Source of the DNA: Cenococcum geophilum
Taxonomy: Eukaryota
Direction of reading: 5' to 3'
Assembly (NCBI GenBank): GCA_050273025.1
Contig: CP158635.1
Span: forward strand, 26,908,001-26,972,000
DNA length: 64,000 nucleotides
Shown in pieces: positions 47,751 through 62,121 of the stretch. Numbering within the stretch: the first letter of the stretch is position 1; each line of letters opens with the position of its first letter. A program made the position numbers and the translations under genes. The notes beneath the pieces are model-generated. The model had not been told where the DNA came from, did no database searches, and saw nothing but the letters and a program-made list of their open reading frames with translations.

Positions 47751-49782
47751 TTACGGTTTTCCTCCTCTTAGAGTACTTTTTGGCCTCCTTTTATTGCCCT
47801 AGTTAGCTCTTTAGCTAGTAAGAGGTATAATAAAAGGTTTATCTATATGGACTAGTCTATAACCGCCTTAGTAGCTTTTTAGCTTAGCTAGAAGCTCTCT
47901 ATATAAGGACGTTTTAGTATAGCAATATATTTCTACCTGGCTAGCAGCGTGCCTAGAGTAGAATACTACTATGTATATTATTAATTATTAGTTATAGCCG
48001 CATAGGCAGGCCGGAGTTAGGTGCCTTAATACTTTTCGGTAGTAAAGGTATCTATTAAGCCCTATATACTTAATTCTAAGTAGCGTGTTAATTGTGCTCT
48101 CTACCTTAGTAAACCTCGTGTAGCGTTTAAAGACCTTACTCTATGGCTTAGCCTAGGCCGTCGTACTATAGGTAAGTGTGCTTTAGTATTTTCCCCACTC
48201 CCTTTTCCACCGCTTTTTAAATGTCTCTTATACCTTGGCCCTTCTGCTCTTCCTATACTAGGCTTTAGATAGATCTGCCGGCCGTATATCTATCCCTAAG
48301 ATAGCAGCCGCTATCCTCTTAAGCTTATCCCTTCTAGTAGGCCGTATTAATAGCTTTATTCTAGGCCGGAGCTAGTACTAATAGGCTATTGTAGCCCGTA
48401 TAGTATTGCATTCCCTTTTAATATGCTCTCTTATAGGCCCCTTTTATATCCTCTCCGCGTAGGATATAGCTAGCTCCTCTAAGTATATCTAGAGCGGCGG
48501 CAGTATACTATATTATTAAGGTATAAAGGGCATTAGTTATATTACCTAAGTAGTAAAAGCATTAAAAGGGTTTTAGTAGAACTAGCTTTATATAACAAAA
48601 CTTACTATTTTTATTAAATACTTTGCCTATACTATAATAGAGACTATATAGACATGCAATTTGCTAAAATTTTATAATTACGCCAAGCTTCTTAATTTAT
48701 AGTAAAAAAAATTAAGTACTATAAAGGTTAGTTAAGCGAGATTTTATGGTTATAGAAAGTTTTAATTAATTGCTAAAATATAGGGATATAATTTAGGTCT
48801 AGATAAAGTGGTAGTAATAACTTATTATACCTAAGCTTAATATATAGCTTGCTAAGCTGCTTTATAAACATTAAATTAGGGGCTTTAAAAACTTAGTTAG
48901 TAAAGAAAAGGCCTAAAAAAAGATATAAGGGCTAAGAATAAGTAAAAAGTTAAGAATAATTTTAGGAATTAGGAAAGTATTACTAGTTCTTTATAAGCAT
49001 AAAGTAAAAGGAATAAAGTAAAAAAAAACACACACTTCCTTTATGCCAAAATATTTCTTAATAAATTTAAATATAAACTTAAGTATAATATTATAGGGCC
49101 TACCCTTTGGGTCCTAAATAAGTGTAACTATTATATGTTAGTAATATAGGTTTAAAAGAGCTTTAAGTCGGCTTGTAATATAAAGACCTAGTTACATTAA
49201 AAAATGCACTTGTATTTTATATTGTCCAACTATATATTGCTTTTTTATTACAACTAAGTTAGTTTTAAAAACTAAAATAAGATTCTCCATATCTATAACA
49301 GTTTTTTTTTGCTTTTTTTATAACTTAGACTATATATTTTTACTAGTTTCCAAAGTATTTAATAAAGATATTTTAGCTCCGCCTTACCTTATTAGGTTAA
49401 AAAATTAACTAAAAATGCAATTACCTTATATATCTGGCGGTTTAGTTTACAGCAAATTTCCCTCTAGTTGCTCTCTTATATATAAGGCAATAGCACTTCT
49501 AATATAAGTTAAGTAAGCTAGAAACCTTTATTCTATACTATATCTTACTTCCTTTCCCCTATTTCTAATTTAGGAACTAGTTAAAAAAGCTATAAAGGAG
49601 CTAAAGTAAGAGGACTTAATATATTTTCTTAGGGTCTTTCCCTATATAAGTGTAGTATTTAGAAATTATTAACTTTTTACTAAATTAAGCTTAAAAGGAA
49701 GCCACTAAATAAGTTATTACTTACTAATACCAGTATTCTTTAATGCGGTTAATAAAATTTATATTATTAGTATAATCCTATA

Positions 49783-52198
49783 TATTAGGAATATAGGTAA
49801 GTTGCCGTCACGCGAGGCAAGTTGCCGTCACGTGTCGCCGCGGCACTAGCGTGGCGAGGAGCCCTAAGCTCTTCGCCCTTCCTTAAGCAAGAGGAATATA
49901 GAATAACAATTATTATACTACCTATAACTTATAAATATGTAATATTACCTTATGTTACTAACACTAATTAGTAGTTAACTTTACAGTTATACGATAGAAC
50001 AGCTAGGTATTCTACTAAGAAGAGACGAGCTACTATACCAGTATTACTTATGCTAGAGGAAGCTGTCTTTTAAGGTTAGAACTGGTTCTAAACCTTAAAT
50101 AGAACTCTTCTACGAATTTAAGGATTAAAAGGCCAGAACTAGTCCTGAGCCTTTCTTAGATTATAATTCTTGCGTCTATTATACAGAACAATACGCTTTA
50201 TAAGTCTTTATAATATAAGGCTAAAACTAGTCCTAAGCCCTATAATCGCAGATTCTTATTATAAACGCGTACTAAATAATAATCCCTATACTAACAACAC
50301 TTCCCTTTCTCTAAAAATATGGCTACTCTAAATAACTAGAAAGACTCCTTACTATTAGGGGTAGCTAAGTACACAAAACTTATTAATAAAGATTAGGACG
50401 AATTTACCTTTAATATAATAACTTATACTATAAAACAAGTTAATAGCTTTCTCCTACACTATATTCTATTCTACTAAAGTAGATATTACGCCAATTTATA
50501 GCTATAGGAATATTTTAGGGAGGATTTTATAGGATAGACCGCCGACACCTAAGTACTTAGTAATGTTAATATTGTTTGGGATTTTTAAGACTTTCTTTAT
50601 AGAAATAGGGTATATATTACTAAAAACGGTAACCTAATTACTAGTAATATTTAGGCCGTTATTATTAGTATAGAAGAGCTAGTATAGACGGAAGCTAAGA
50701 TTATATATTAACTACGAAAACCTAAAACTAACCTATATTCTTTAAAAGGCAACTTTAACTTAGAACGAAACCCCTAGAACGCTAATCTCCTACCTAGAAG
50801 TACTCTCTCACCTAGAGGTAATCTCCTATTTAGAGGTGCTCTCCTATCTAGCGGTACTCTTTCTCTACCTCTATTACCTTTAACTCCTCTACTCCAGCTA
50901 ACCGGTAAGCCTCTATTATAAGAAGTCATAAACCTAATAAAGGTATATTTAGATAAAGAGAAGAAGTTTAGAGGAGAACTATATAATATACTCGGAATAA
51001 AACTATAGGTCTTTTATAACTGCTATAGTAAGGTTAAAATCTAATACTATTAGTTTTATTATACTTTCTTAGTTATGTTAAAGGGATAGGCGGCAACATT
51101 TTATTACGACTATATTATAGGTAAAAACTATAGCTTTAATATAATGCTTTAGCTTACTAAAGCCCACTTTAAGACTAATAAGAATCGCTAACTTTATATG
51201 TCTAAATAGCAGGAGACTATATTCTAAAGAGTTATCGCTTTTAACTCAATAAAGACTCGTTTAGAATACCTTTAACTACTCCTTAATAAACTCTAGAAAA
51301 TCTAACGTAGCTTTACTAAAACTTACTAAAATAAGAATAGTCTAAGGGACTAGGTTATCTTAACCTATTATAGTATTCCTAAGTATAATCTGGCGCTATA
51401 TAAACCTATAAATATATTTAAAGAAGTATATACTAAGCTACGCTCCGCTATAGGTACTGTAATATAAATATAAGAATCTTAACAGTTTTATACTAAAAAC
51501 CCTGCCTAACTAAGTATTCCTAACTAATATAATTATAACTGGACTAACCAAATATATAGTGGCCGTAGTAGGGAATATAGTAAAGGGTATAATTAATGTT
51601 AACTATAAGGCAATTATAGAGGTCCTCATAGAGGTTTATTTTAAAGTAATTACTAGAAAAAGTACTATATTTATAAGAAACTAAATTACTAGTTAACTAG
51701 GCATTCTCTTAATAAACAAAAGGAGGTATATAATAAGTTTCGCCAGAGTATAAGAAATGTTAGAAATTATAAGGTTACTATAGCCTACTTTTAAAGCTTC
51801 CTAGTTTAATATAAAGGTGTAGAAGATCTTAAGGGTAAAGTTAATAAGGCTAAATAGCTCCTTATAGATATAGAAATTAAGGACTACTTACCTAACTAAT
51901 ACTTCACTAAGTATAGTAAGGTAGATGGTATATAAACCATCGCTATTCTTAATAACTAATCTACGCTCCATTCTATTATAAAGTTAAATATCTTTAATAA
52001 GCTAAAGGAGAGCTCCGCGTTCTCCTTTAATAACAAATACTTAGCAAATATCTTTTATAGTATTATGCTAGATACTAGAGCCGTAAAAGTATCTATAGCA
52101 GGAGAACCTTAAGTTTAAGCTCTTTAGTAGCTTAATAGCTCTGTTTAGATTAACTAATTAACGGTAGGCTAATATATAATTTGTTTTAGTAAAGGTAC
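49783..52198 (+). mobile_element. Copia element A: 5' LTR (49783-49963) plus gag/protease, cut by Copia B
   Basis: LTR TATTAG(TGTTGG)..CTAACA followed by CTAATTAGTAG, the same post-LTR motif as in Copia C. Degenerate gag and protease (IMLDTRAVKVS). Confidence 0.75.
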
Positions 52199-55100
52199 TA
52201 TTAGACTTATAAGGGGATATTACGTAGCTACGGTTTGTAGATAGTATAATAATTATTATTCCTATTAATTGATTTTTGAAGAAAGGGGTAAGGAACTTAA
52301 GGTTCCTTACCACGCTAGTGCCGCGGCGGCACGTGACGGTAACTTGCCGTATATAACGGTAACTTGCTATATATAGTGGCAATATGCCTTATATAGTAAC
52401 CACTTACCTTTATTTCTAACACTAGTAACTCTTTTTTTATAGTTACTATCTATATATATATACCGCTTAACTAGTATAATAAATATTAATCCTTTTTACT
52501 TACTATTGCCATTATAATATAAGTCTTGCTATTTTAAAATTTGCCTTTTAGCACGTAGTGCTTTCTTACTTAGGAGTTGTAGGTAGATATTATATTTAAA
52601 GGGCCACTAAGGCGCTAGTAGTAAGTAAGCTAATAGCGATTTTTTATCCTAAGGATGAAAAATCCTAATTAGCTAGATTAAGCTAGGCTTCCCCTCTAAA
52701 AAAGTCTTAATAAGAGAATCTAACTAATTAGATAACTTTAACCGCCGGTTAAAGTTCCTAGATATTTTAAGACCTTATATAACTACGAAATTTCTAAAAA
52801 CTCCTTTTTAACCTAACCTTTAACTTGTATACGTAGAGTATTTATATTAATAAACGTCTTTAGTGCCTTATTTAGGTTTACCTTCGTTATTATATCTACC
52901 GGGTTATCTTAGCTATTAATCTATTAAATTTTAAAGAGTTCTTAACGCTTATAGGATTATTAAAGTGCTATAATATTAATTATAAGGCGCTTCTCTTTTA
53001 TAGTATTAAGCTTAACTAAATACTTATAAAGGGAATATAAGTTAGTGTATACAATTATAGGGATAACGGGAAGTTTGAGTTAATCTATAATTATCTTTAG
53101 GGTAGTTCCAATTGTAATTGCTATATTAACTCCGCTAACTATTCTATATATCTCTAATACTAAAACACTTTAGGTAACGCGCTTACTCTTAGTTAAGCTT
53201 TAATAAATAAGATTACTATAGATTATAAAGTTATTCTCTCTAGTAAATTCGCTCGCGATAATAATTTTATATCCTAACTAGGAGCTAAAATCTTTATTAT
53301 TTATAAATAATCTATTAATAAATATAAAGAGCTTAGCGGTAGGAAGATTAATAGGCATATAGAGTAGTCCCTAATTAAGATGGTTTATTTGCTAGGAAAG
53401 ACGTTTATTTAGGGTAAGAATGTTATCCTTAGTTAGTTCCTGGTATTAGGTAGTAATAGAGAGATTAAATAAAGCTTTAGGTTAATAAATAGAAGTAATA
53501 TAAGCTTTATAAGCGCGTTACTCTATATATTCTTACTTTAGGGAATTAACGTTAATAACGTTAATCTTTTTACCTTAACTTTTTTAGTATAAAGCAATAG
53601 AATCCTTATTTAGGGAGAGGATATATCTATTAAAGAGTAATAGTGTTATTAAATTAAGCTTTTTTTTTTTAGCTTTACTATAAGATTTGCTTTTACTAGC
53701 TTATCTTCTTTAAGAGCTAAAAATTAGTTATCCCCTAAGATAATTATATTATTAGTTTATATACCAATAATTCTAAACGGAGTTCTTATAGTTATAATAA
53801 GGAAGTAGGGATTAAATATAAAAGTAGTTATTAAAAGCTTCTCTTTATAGTGCTTACTATAGGTAGCCCACTAGTGAGTTCCTACCTCTATAATTCTATA
53901 TAATGGCTTAAGCATAACTATAATTATATCTTTAGGATACTAGTGGCGAATTTACTCTGGAAGGTATGCTAATATTAAATACTAAAGGTGCGTCTCTAAT
54001 TAGGTATAGGCTTAAGTAATATTTTATAAATAAACTACCATTTTATTCTTTATTAAGGAGGGAGCTAGCGTAATAATAACTCGCTAACTAGCTTGTTAAA
54101 TTATAGAAGATTATATAAAAATTACCTCCTTACTATTATTATTATAACCTTAGATAATAAGCCTTAATTTCTTAAATAGGGCGTTAGTAGCTTTGCCTTT
54201 AATCTTATTAACTATTTTTAACTTAAAAATATAAACTTTATTAAACTTAGTAGGGTTATACTTCTTAAATTTAAAGACTCCTCTTATAATAAGACCGTTA
54301 ATCTCCTACTTATTAGATACTTAGAAAGGAGCTCCTAGGGTTATAATATAACCTTTCTTTTAAAGCTATTTTACAAGCTTAAAGTTAGCCTTCTCTTTAG
54401 CTATTATAAAGGCTATTAATAACTTAACTCTATTCTTAATAGCGGCAACAAATTATTCTTTAAAATTAATAAGATATTGGCAATTTTGTAATCCCTTTAG
54501 GCGACCTCTACCGCGTTATAGTTATGGCGTATTTACTATAATTATATTAGGATTATAGTCGTCTTCTAAAGTATATTAATTATAGTTCTCTTTTAGGGCC
54601 TCTTCTAGGGTATCCTATAAAGGCTTAAAATTATTATCTTTATAATAAGGCTTAATAACAGTTAAATGGAATTAAGTAGGTTTATAAGGTATCTAAATAG
54701 TATAAGTTTAACTATTAATTATAATAAGTTAATATAGGCCTAACCATCCTCCCTTTTTACGCTATACGCGTACTTTAGACTAAAGTGGCAGATTAAGTAT
54801 AGTTAAGGTATTTAGGCCGTTTCTTATTCTTAATGCGTTATTAACCTAGCGTATAGCGTAGAGATATTATATCTCCTTTATTACTTTGCGAATAGCCTTA
54901 GCTTATTATATAATAGAGGGAAATAGTGAAGAATTATTAGTTATTTAAGGGTAGGCGCTAAAGACTAGTAATATAGGTATAAGTCTATTTAGGCTAGTGG
55001 AATTATTAATAGCTTTAATAGCTATTTATAAGGTAAGTTCTTTACTAGCATTTTTTAGTTTTAAAGAGATAATCTTATATATGTGGCGTAATGGCGTATA

Positions 55101-55752
55101 ATATTATTCTACTTTTTAATACTATTATATACCTTAATAGGGACTTCCTTAACCTTAATTGCCATTACCTTTATCTATTATTAAAACTCTATAGATAAAA
55201 AGTTCTTTCCTATATTATAGATAATTTAATTAGGGGGTCCTAAATAGATATTAATTTAGTATAACTAAAGGGTCTTCTATATATTTCTGGCTAATATATC
55301 TTTTAAGAAACGCGCGGCTTAAAAGGAGGTTAAAAAGTTAATAACTTAGAGTATTAGCTTACCGCTAAAATATATAACGTTAATAATAATATAAAAGTTA
55401 AAGTTATAGTTATTCTTAAGGGTAAACTTAAATCGGCTAGGGGACTTTTAGTTTATTTAATAGTAATAGTAATACTTTATAAGATGCTTAATTACCTTAA
55501 CCTTAACTTTATAGCCTACTTACTAAAGAACCCTAAGTAATTAATAAATAGATAGGTGGCTAAAATAACGGTATAGTTGGCGTAATTCTAACTTAGTTAA
55601 GTAGCTTTAAGCAATACTCTTTTCTAGTTAATAAAGAAGTAACTAGGGGTAACCCTATTTACGTATAATAGGCACTTAATTATCTCCCTAAATAAGTATA
55701 TTCTTAAGGTTATTAAGCCTAATACCTAATTAATTTATATCTTTAATGTAAA

Positions 55753-58700
55753 TGTCGGAACATTAATCACGTGACGTAGTTACGGGACTACGAAGCGAGA
55801 CTAACTGTCTGACCTTGGAGCAACCCCTTTCTTCTAGACGACAATTAACTACCAACTTTAACACCGCATACGTACCACTACAAGTGATATTCGTGCACGT
55901 TAATAAAGCGAGTTATACCAACACTAATTAGTAGACGTACAGATTAGGAAATACGCAATAGCAAAGCTCGAGAACTAGCACTACCTGGTGTTCAATGATT
56001 GCAGAGCTACCGCCCTATTTCAGTTAAAGGAGAAAGCTACGTTACCCTTAAAGCTCGAGACTACGTATCAACTTACTAATGCGTAAGATCGCCTAGAGAA
56101 TCATATCTTTACTTAGAGAGAGCTACGTTACCCCCCTTAAAGCTTAAGACTACGTATTAACTTAACTGTTAACGCGTTAGATCGCCTAGAGGACCCTTAA
56201 AGCTCAAGACCACGTATTAACTTAACTATTAATACGTTAGATCGCCTAGAGGACCGTATCTTTACTAAGAATCGTCTTCAGTCTTTAGTCTTTAAAACTG
56301 TAGATTTGTTAAGGGGACATATATACACCCTTACACCCCTACCTTTATACACCTTAAACCCCAAACTTAACCTTAAACTTAAACCTCTAGAACCTCTACT
56401 TAACCTTAAACCACGGTATACATAAAGACACGATAATATAGAAATTAACTAGAAGGAAAGAATTGCTAAATACGGCAACAGAATCAACTTGGAGACGGCT
56501 ATAGATAACAATCTAGCGGAGTATATAGAGACTAAGATACACCTATACACACGGTATAACCTTATAAACTTTTTATTATGGACAGCGTTTTAGGAAGACT
56601 TTAAAGACTTTATACTAGAGCTCTTTAAATAAGTATAATCTAAAACTAGAATAGGAATCCGTAACTACCTAGTTAAGAGAGGAGTATACGTTATTAAGCA
56701 AGATAAGAGACACACCCTTAGCAAGGTGCTAACAGACGTCACTAATAAAGAAGAGCCTTATAAATGGACGGATAAAGAGATTAACCTAGCCCTTATTGAG
56801 ATCGGGCTAATAATTACTATAGCTTTGCGGAACTAACTTAATTCAACCTTAGATAAGCTCGCTATACCGCCAGCTACTCCAATCGCTGCACTACCGGCCA
56901 CCCCAGTTGCTGCCCCCGCTACCCCTACTACCCCCCCCGGATCTACTCTAACCGCTACACCGCCAGCCACTCCAATCGCTGCCCCCGCTACCCCTACTAC
57001 CCCTTCCGGTCCTTAATCCTCTAATTACAACTAAATCTACGCTCTTATCGACTAATTGCTATAGCTAAGAGAGCAGCAATTATAGTAGCTGTAGTAATTA
57101 TAGCAGCCACAGCAACCGTAGCAACCGCAGCAGCTATATATATATATACCTAAACTAGCTATATCTAGTGTGGAGCAAGGACCTAGGCAAGGACCTAGAT
57201 ATAATAAGGAGGTGGCCATAATTGCAAAGATCTATATAGACGACTAAAAGTACAATAGAGTTAATGACAGCTTTAACTTTAAGTTAACTATCTTCTACAA
57301 TATCTGCAAGAGATCTGGCTTACCACTAGAAGGCCATGCAGTAGCATTCCCTAGTATGCTAAAAGGGCTTACTTAGGACCACTACTATAACAGTAACCTT
57401 AAGTTAAGACCTTTTACTAAAGCCTGCAACTATATATAATAATTCTTTAAAGGGCTAGAATACTACCGTAAGAACCTTACGGAGTGGAACAGTATAACCC
57501 TCTAAGGAGTTATGGATGAGAACCCTAACAAGTTAATCTATTAGAACTTCCAACTACTTATAGATAAGCTGCTAAAGCAACGTTATAGACTACACCCAGA
57601 CTTCCGCACGAACCGCATTCTTATAAATAAGTTGGTTACTGCTTACCAGGGAGTACCAGCATGCCGCATCGCCATCTCTAACCCTTTAGAAGACCTCTTT
57701 TAGTTAATTAGTAAGCTATAATCCTCCATTATTACGTGGGAAAAAGAATACCCCCTATAGGCCTTAATAAGATCGTCTTACTAAGCTTTTTTTATAGATT
57801 AACGCTACTACCAAAATAACTAGAATTAAGACTAAAACACTAATTGCTACGGCAGTAATCGCCCCTATAGAACCAACGGCAGACTAAAGGCCAAGTACTA
57901 TATCTGCAAGAAGGAGGACTACTATTTATAGAAACATATAAAGGAGGAGCGTAATCGGTCTAGAGACGACTATAAGAGACGCTTTATTAATATCAAGGGC
58001 CGTAATAAGGGTAACTTCAACAACCACTTTAAGCAATACGTCGCTACTTGCGAAAGAGATAAAGATAACGATTTAGACTTTAAAGCCTATATATAAGACG
58101 CTAACAACCCTAGAAATAATGCTGGAGAACCTAACAATAGTTCTACCTATATTACTACCTTTAGAATACTCACTACGGAGGAAACAACCTCTATAAGCGT
58201 AGAGCTAGCTAATAAGGCTTATACACACCTGCTTACGGCTTTAGAACTTACTACGGAATCTACCACAGAGCCTTATACAGAGACCGACCCATTTACCTAT
58301 AGCATGGCTACAGCCACAGCGTTACAATATACCTTAACGGTCTTTATAGGAATTATAATCAATATAGGTACTTCGCGCAAGTCTATAGCTAGCTACGGTC
58401 AATTCCAAGCTCTATAGGCCGTAGATAAGTCCGTAAGTCTTAATACGTCAACTAAGGGCCAAGTAACTATCCAATTCGGAATCAAAGCCTCTACGTCTAT
58501 CGGAACTATAAACGTTAACAGCCCCATAGACAAGGTATAATTCCATATCATTAAAGCAAATACTCCCTTTCTACTTTACTTGGCAGATATAGATAGACTC
58601 TATATTAAATACAATAACCTAAAGGATATCATCATCACCCGCACTAAAAAGGTGCCAGTAGTTAGACAATTTAGCCACCCATTTCTCCTATAGAGCTTCT

Positions 58701-61700
58701 CCTTATAGTCTTATTTGGTCAAGTCTTTTAATACAAACCCTTGCTACTTAACTAACGTAGAACTACGACGTCTACACCGTCGATTTGGTTACCCGTTAAT
58801 TAACAGACTACAAAAGCTTCTTAATAAGGCTGGCCATAGCTATAACACTAATAGATCCGCTATTAAAGAGCTAACTAGACTCTGCCACCATTATTAGAAG
58901 TATAGCAGATCTTTAGATAGATTTCGCTTCACCTTATAAGACAACATTAATTTCAATTACAATATCATCGTCAACATTATATATATTAGCGGCTCCCCCC
59001 TACTACACGTAGTTAACAAAGTAACTCGATTTTAAGCTGGTAGATAGCTACGAGATATCAGCGCCAAGCACACTTAGGACATTCTACGGATATACTAAAT
59101 CGACAGCTATTTAGGACCACCAGACTTAATTACTACAGACGCTAAAAAAAACTTTATTAGTAAGAAGTTTAAGCACTACGCTACCACCATAGGAGTAACC
59201 ATAAAGTCAGTTCCAGTCGAATCACACAATTCCATTAGGATAGTAGAGCGCTATCACGGTCCGCTACAATAAGCCTACTAAATTATTATAACTGAAATCC
59301 CTAAAACTAGCAAGGAGATAGCCCTATAAATGGCCTTTAAAGCTATCAATAACACGGCTAGCCCAGAAGGCCTAGTCCCTACACTCCTAGTCTTCGGAGC
59401 CTACCCCCAAATAGTTAAATCGGACGCGCTATTACCTTTAGTTACACAACGAGCTGCGGCTATTAAGAAAGCAATAGTAGAAATCCAGAAGCTATAAGCT
59501 AAACAACAGATTACTAACACTCTTAATATACAAAACGGACCATAAACTAACGCCATTTACGGCCTCCCACCTAGTTCGCCTGTCTTAGTCTAAAGAGAAG
59601 GCAATACTGGCTAGAGTGGTTATTAGGATGGGCCATATACGCTACTTACTATTAACGGTAAGACCTGCACCATAAAGCTACCAAATAGGCCTATGACCTT
59701 CTGCTTTACGGTCGTAAAATCTTACCTACTAGACCTATAAGACCCAGTTAAACCAAGAGAGCCTATTAAATTAGCTAAACCAGTACCTTCACTAGCTAAA
59801 CCTTAATTGTTACCTAAAGCTAAACTATAGCTACCGCTAAAGCAAGGTAGAGGTCGCCCCTATAAATACCTATTGCTTACGGCCGTTGCAGACATAACTA
59901 TTATAGATGCTACGATAGATATAAACGCTTTTACGGGTAATATTGCAGATATTACGGATATCGCAGATATCGCTATCTACTTACAGGACGATAATACCGT
60001 AGATACGGCTAGTACTACTATTTACTTATAGAACGATAGCAATACCTAATTTAGCGCTTTATAATAAAAGGAGGTTACAGGCCTACTTAAGAAAGGCGTC
60101 TTTAAGATTATTAAACTACACAATATACCAAAGGGGGTTAGACTCTTTAATTCACGGTTTATTAATAAGATTAAGAATAAGGGAACCAATAAAGCCTTTA
60201 AGAAATCACGACTTGTTATATAGGCCTATAATAACTTAAAGAAAAAGCTGGTCCTTACTTAGTCACCAACAATTTAACAAGTTAGCCAGCGGCTAATTCT
60301 CTATATCGCTGCTATACTACCATAGACATAACTCTACCTCTAAGACATCTTATAAGCCTACGTTTAGTCTACTACGAACCTAAACCGCAAGTTCTACATA
60401 CAACCACCACACGAGCTAAATAAACAATTGGGAATTAATACGGACTCCGTTCTAAAGGTTATAAAGCCACTTTATAGAGTACCTAAAGCTAGAAACCACT
60501 GGTTTAAGACCTACCATTTATACTACGTTAATCAGCTGTAAATAAACCAGTCTACGTACGACCCTTACTTACTCTACAGTAATAAGCCTTTTAGAATTGT
60601 CGGCCTACAGACTAATAATACACTATTCCTCGCAGATAATACCTTTATAGAGGCTAAATAAAGCGAACTATATAAGGCCAAATTTATAGCTAAGGAGCGA
60701 AAGTAATTAACCGCTAATACACTAATTAAGTTTAACGGAGAACTTATTTAATTAATACAAGATAGGAGTATTACGCTAACGCAAAAGCGCTAGTGTGAGA
60801 ACCTTAGTATAGTTAATACTACGCTAGTAGATAGCACTAGCCCTAGAGGAGTTACGCGTGGCCTGTTTACGCTAAAGGACTAATATATCGCTTAACGCGC
60901 CAGAGGAGCCTATATTGCCTTAATCTGTTAGCCAGAGGCCTTATTTAACCTATCCTTTACTACCTAGGTAATTAACCCAGTTAAAGACAATGTAAAGAGT
61001 CTTAATAAGCGATTAAGCTAGCAGATTAAGAACGCAAATAGAGGCCTAAAGTTCGTTAAGCTAGACGTTAACACCTTACAACTCCTGGTATTTACGGACA
61101 CTTCCTTCGCTAATAATAAGGACTTATCTTCGCAAATTGGCTACGTACTTATACTAGCAGACGCCTTAAATAAGGCAAATATCGTCTACTGGTCCTTAAT
61201 TAAGTGCAAAAGAGTCACTAGGAGTGTATTAGCCTTAAAGTTATACGGCATAGCGTATAGTTTCAATATAGGCGCTATAATTAAATCTACGCTAGACAAG
61301 GTCTTATAGGTCAACTTACTACTTGTTCTCTATACTAATTTAAAGTCTTTATACAACTATCTTGTCCGACTAGGAACTACGCAAGAAAAACGCTTAATAA
61401 TTAATATAATATGCCTTCGCCAAGCTTATAAACGAAGACAGATTACTAAAGTCAAGTAGATTAATGGAGATACTAACCCTGCGGACGCTATAACAAAGGG
61501 TAAGCCCTATACGGCACTATTATAGCTTATTAACACAAATCAAGTTAAATTACGGGCCGTAGGGTGGGTTAAGCGAACGGATTCAACTTTAGTTTAGCGT
61601 CGGCGCTAGTACTAAGCGAGCTAATAGCGATTTTCCATCCCGGGGATAGAAAATCCTAATTAGTTAGCAGAAGTTAGGTTCGGCAGAATTTGGCAGAATT

Positions 61701-62121
61701 CGGTAACATGGCAGAATTTAGCAGAATTTAGTATTATAGCAGAATTTGGCAGAATTCGGTAACATGGCAGAATTTAGCAGAATTTAGTATTATGGCAGAA
61801 TTTGGCAGAATTCAGTAACATAGCAGAATTTGGCAGAATTTAGTAATATGGCAGAATTTAGTAGAAAGTCGCTATTGCGTATACGTTACGAGTAGTCTAA
61901 AAGACTTAACTTTAGAGTATAGATTAGCCTTTTTTTTAGAGTTGCTCTAGTGTCGGAACATTAATTACGTGACGTAGTTACGGGACTACGAAGCGAGACT
62001 AACTGTCTGACCTTAGAGCAACCCCTTTCTTCTAGACGACAATTAACTACTAACTTCAACACCGCATACGTACCACTACAAGTGATATTCGTGCACGTTA
62101 ATAAAGCGAGTTATACCGACA
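55753..62121 (+). mobile_element. Full-length Copia element C, RIPped
   Basis: 171-bp LTRs at 55753-55923 and 61951-62121 differing by 5 transitions; TSD GTAAA. Order gag-PR-INT (LHRRFGYP, SIRIVERYHGPL)-RT (GLQTNNTLF, from QTDD)-RNase H (VFTDTSFANNKDLSSQIGY). Confidence 0.93.
61680..61866. repeat. (GGCAGAATTT)n minisatellite in the Copia C 3' UTR
   Basis: Degenerate 10-bp units with a higher-order period of about 55 bp. Confidence 0.85.

Larger units (their letters stand above)
39531..48503 (-). mobile_element. 5'-truncated Tad1-like LINE, interrupted by a solo LTR and Cryptons
   Basis: ORF2 C-terminus at 47770-48503 (RIP-reverted TLLRTEHIGLNGYL..PACPCGY..HMVVFC). 3' end AATAGCGTAATTAAATATCTTATCTT at about 39531-39557. 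TSD TGTGCTGCATT (39520-39530) versus RIPped TATACTATATT (48504-48514). Confidence 0.8.
38613..49782 (-). pseudogene. RIP-destroyed DUF3435 tyrosine recombinase (Starship captain-type) with C-terminal C2H2-like finger; coding pieces at about 49782-48504 and 39530-38613, split by a LINE and 5'-truncated by a Copia LTR
   Basis: RIP-reverted minus-strand reading: QDYADNTNFIDRIEEYW, FFDWFLNQKRGKGG, RDPEGGPHNIILEFTFEFTKKYFG, NTFPIPEIILD..LSPHIFFLGL, YSLRYGAGKAFD, LIMQHIDIRTFLKNY, IDPRRPR.LT.EQS and C-terminal CNVC..HKMHLQIHA.. HGTFS. IMQH is restored exactly across the LINE TSD. Confidence 0.85.

Noticed and set aside
61602..61667. Hammerhead or HDV-like ribozyme
   Set aside because: CTGANGA/GAAA core and HDV pseudoknot elements could not be fitted even allowing RIP reversion; kept only as an unexplained hairpin.
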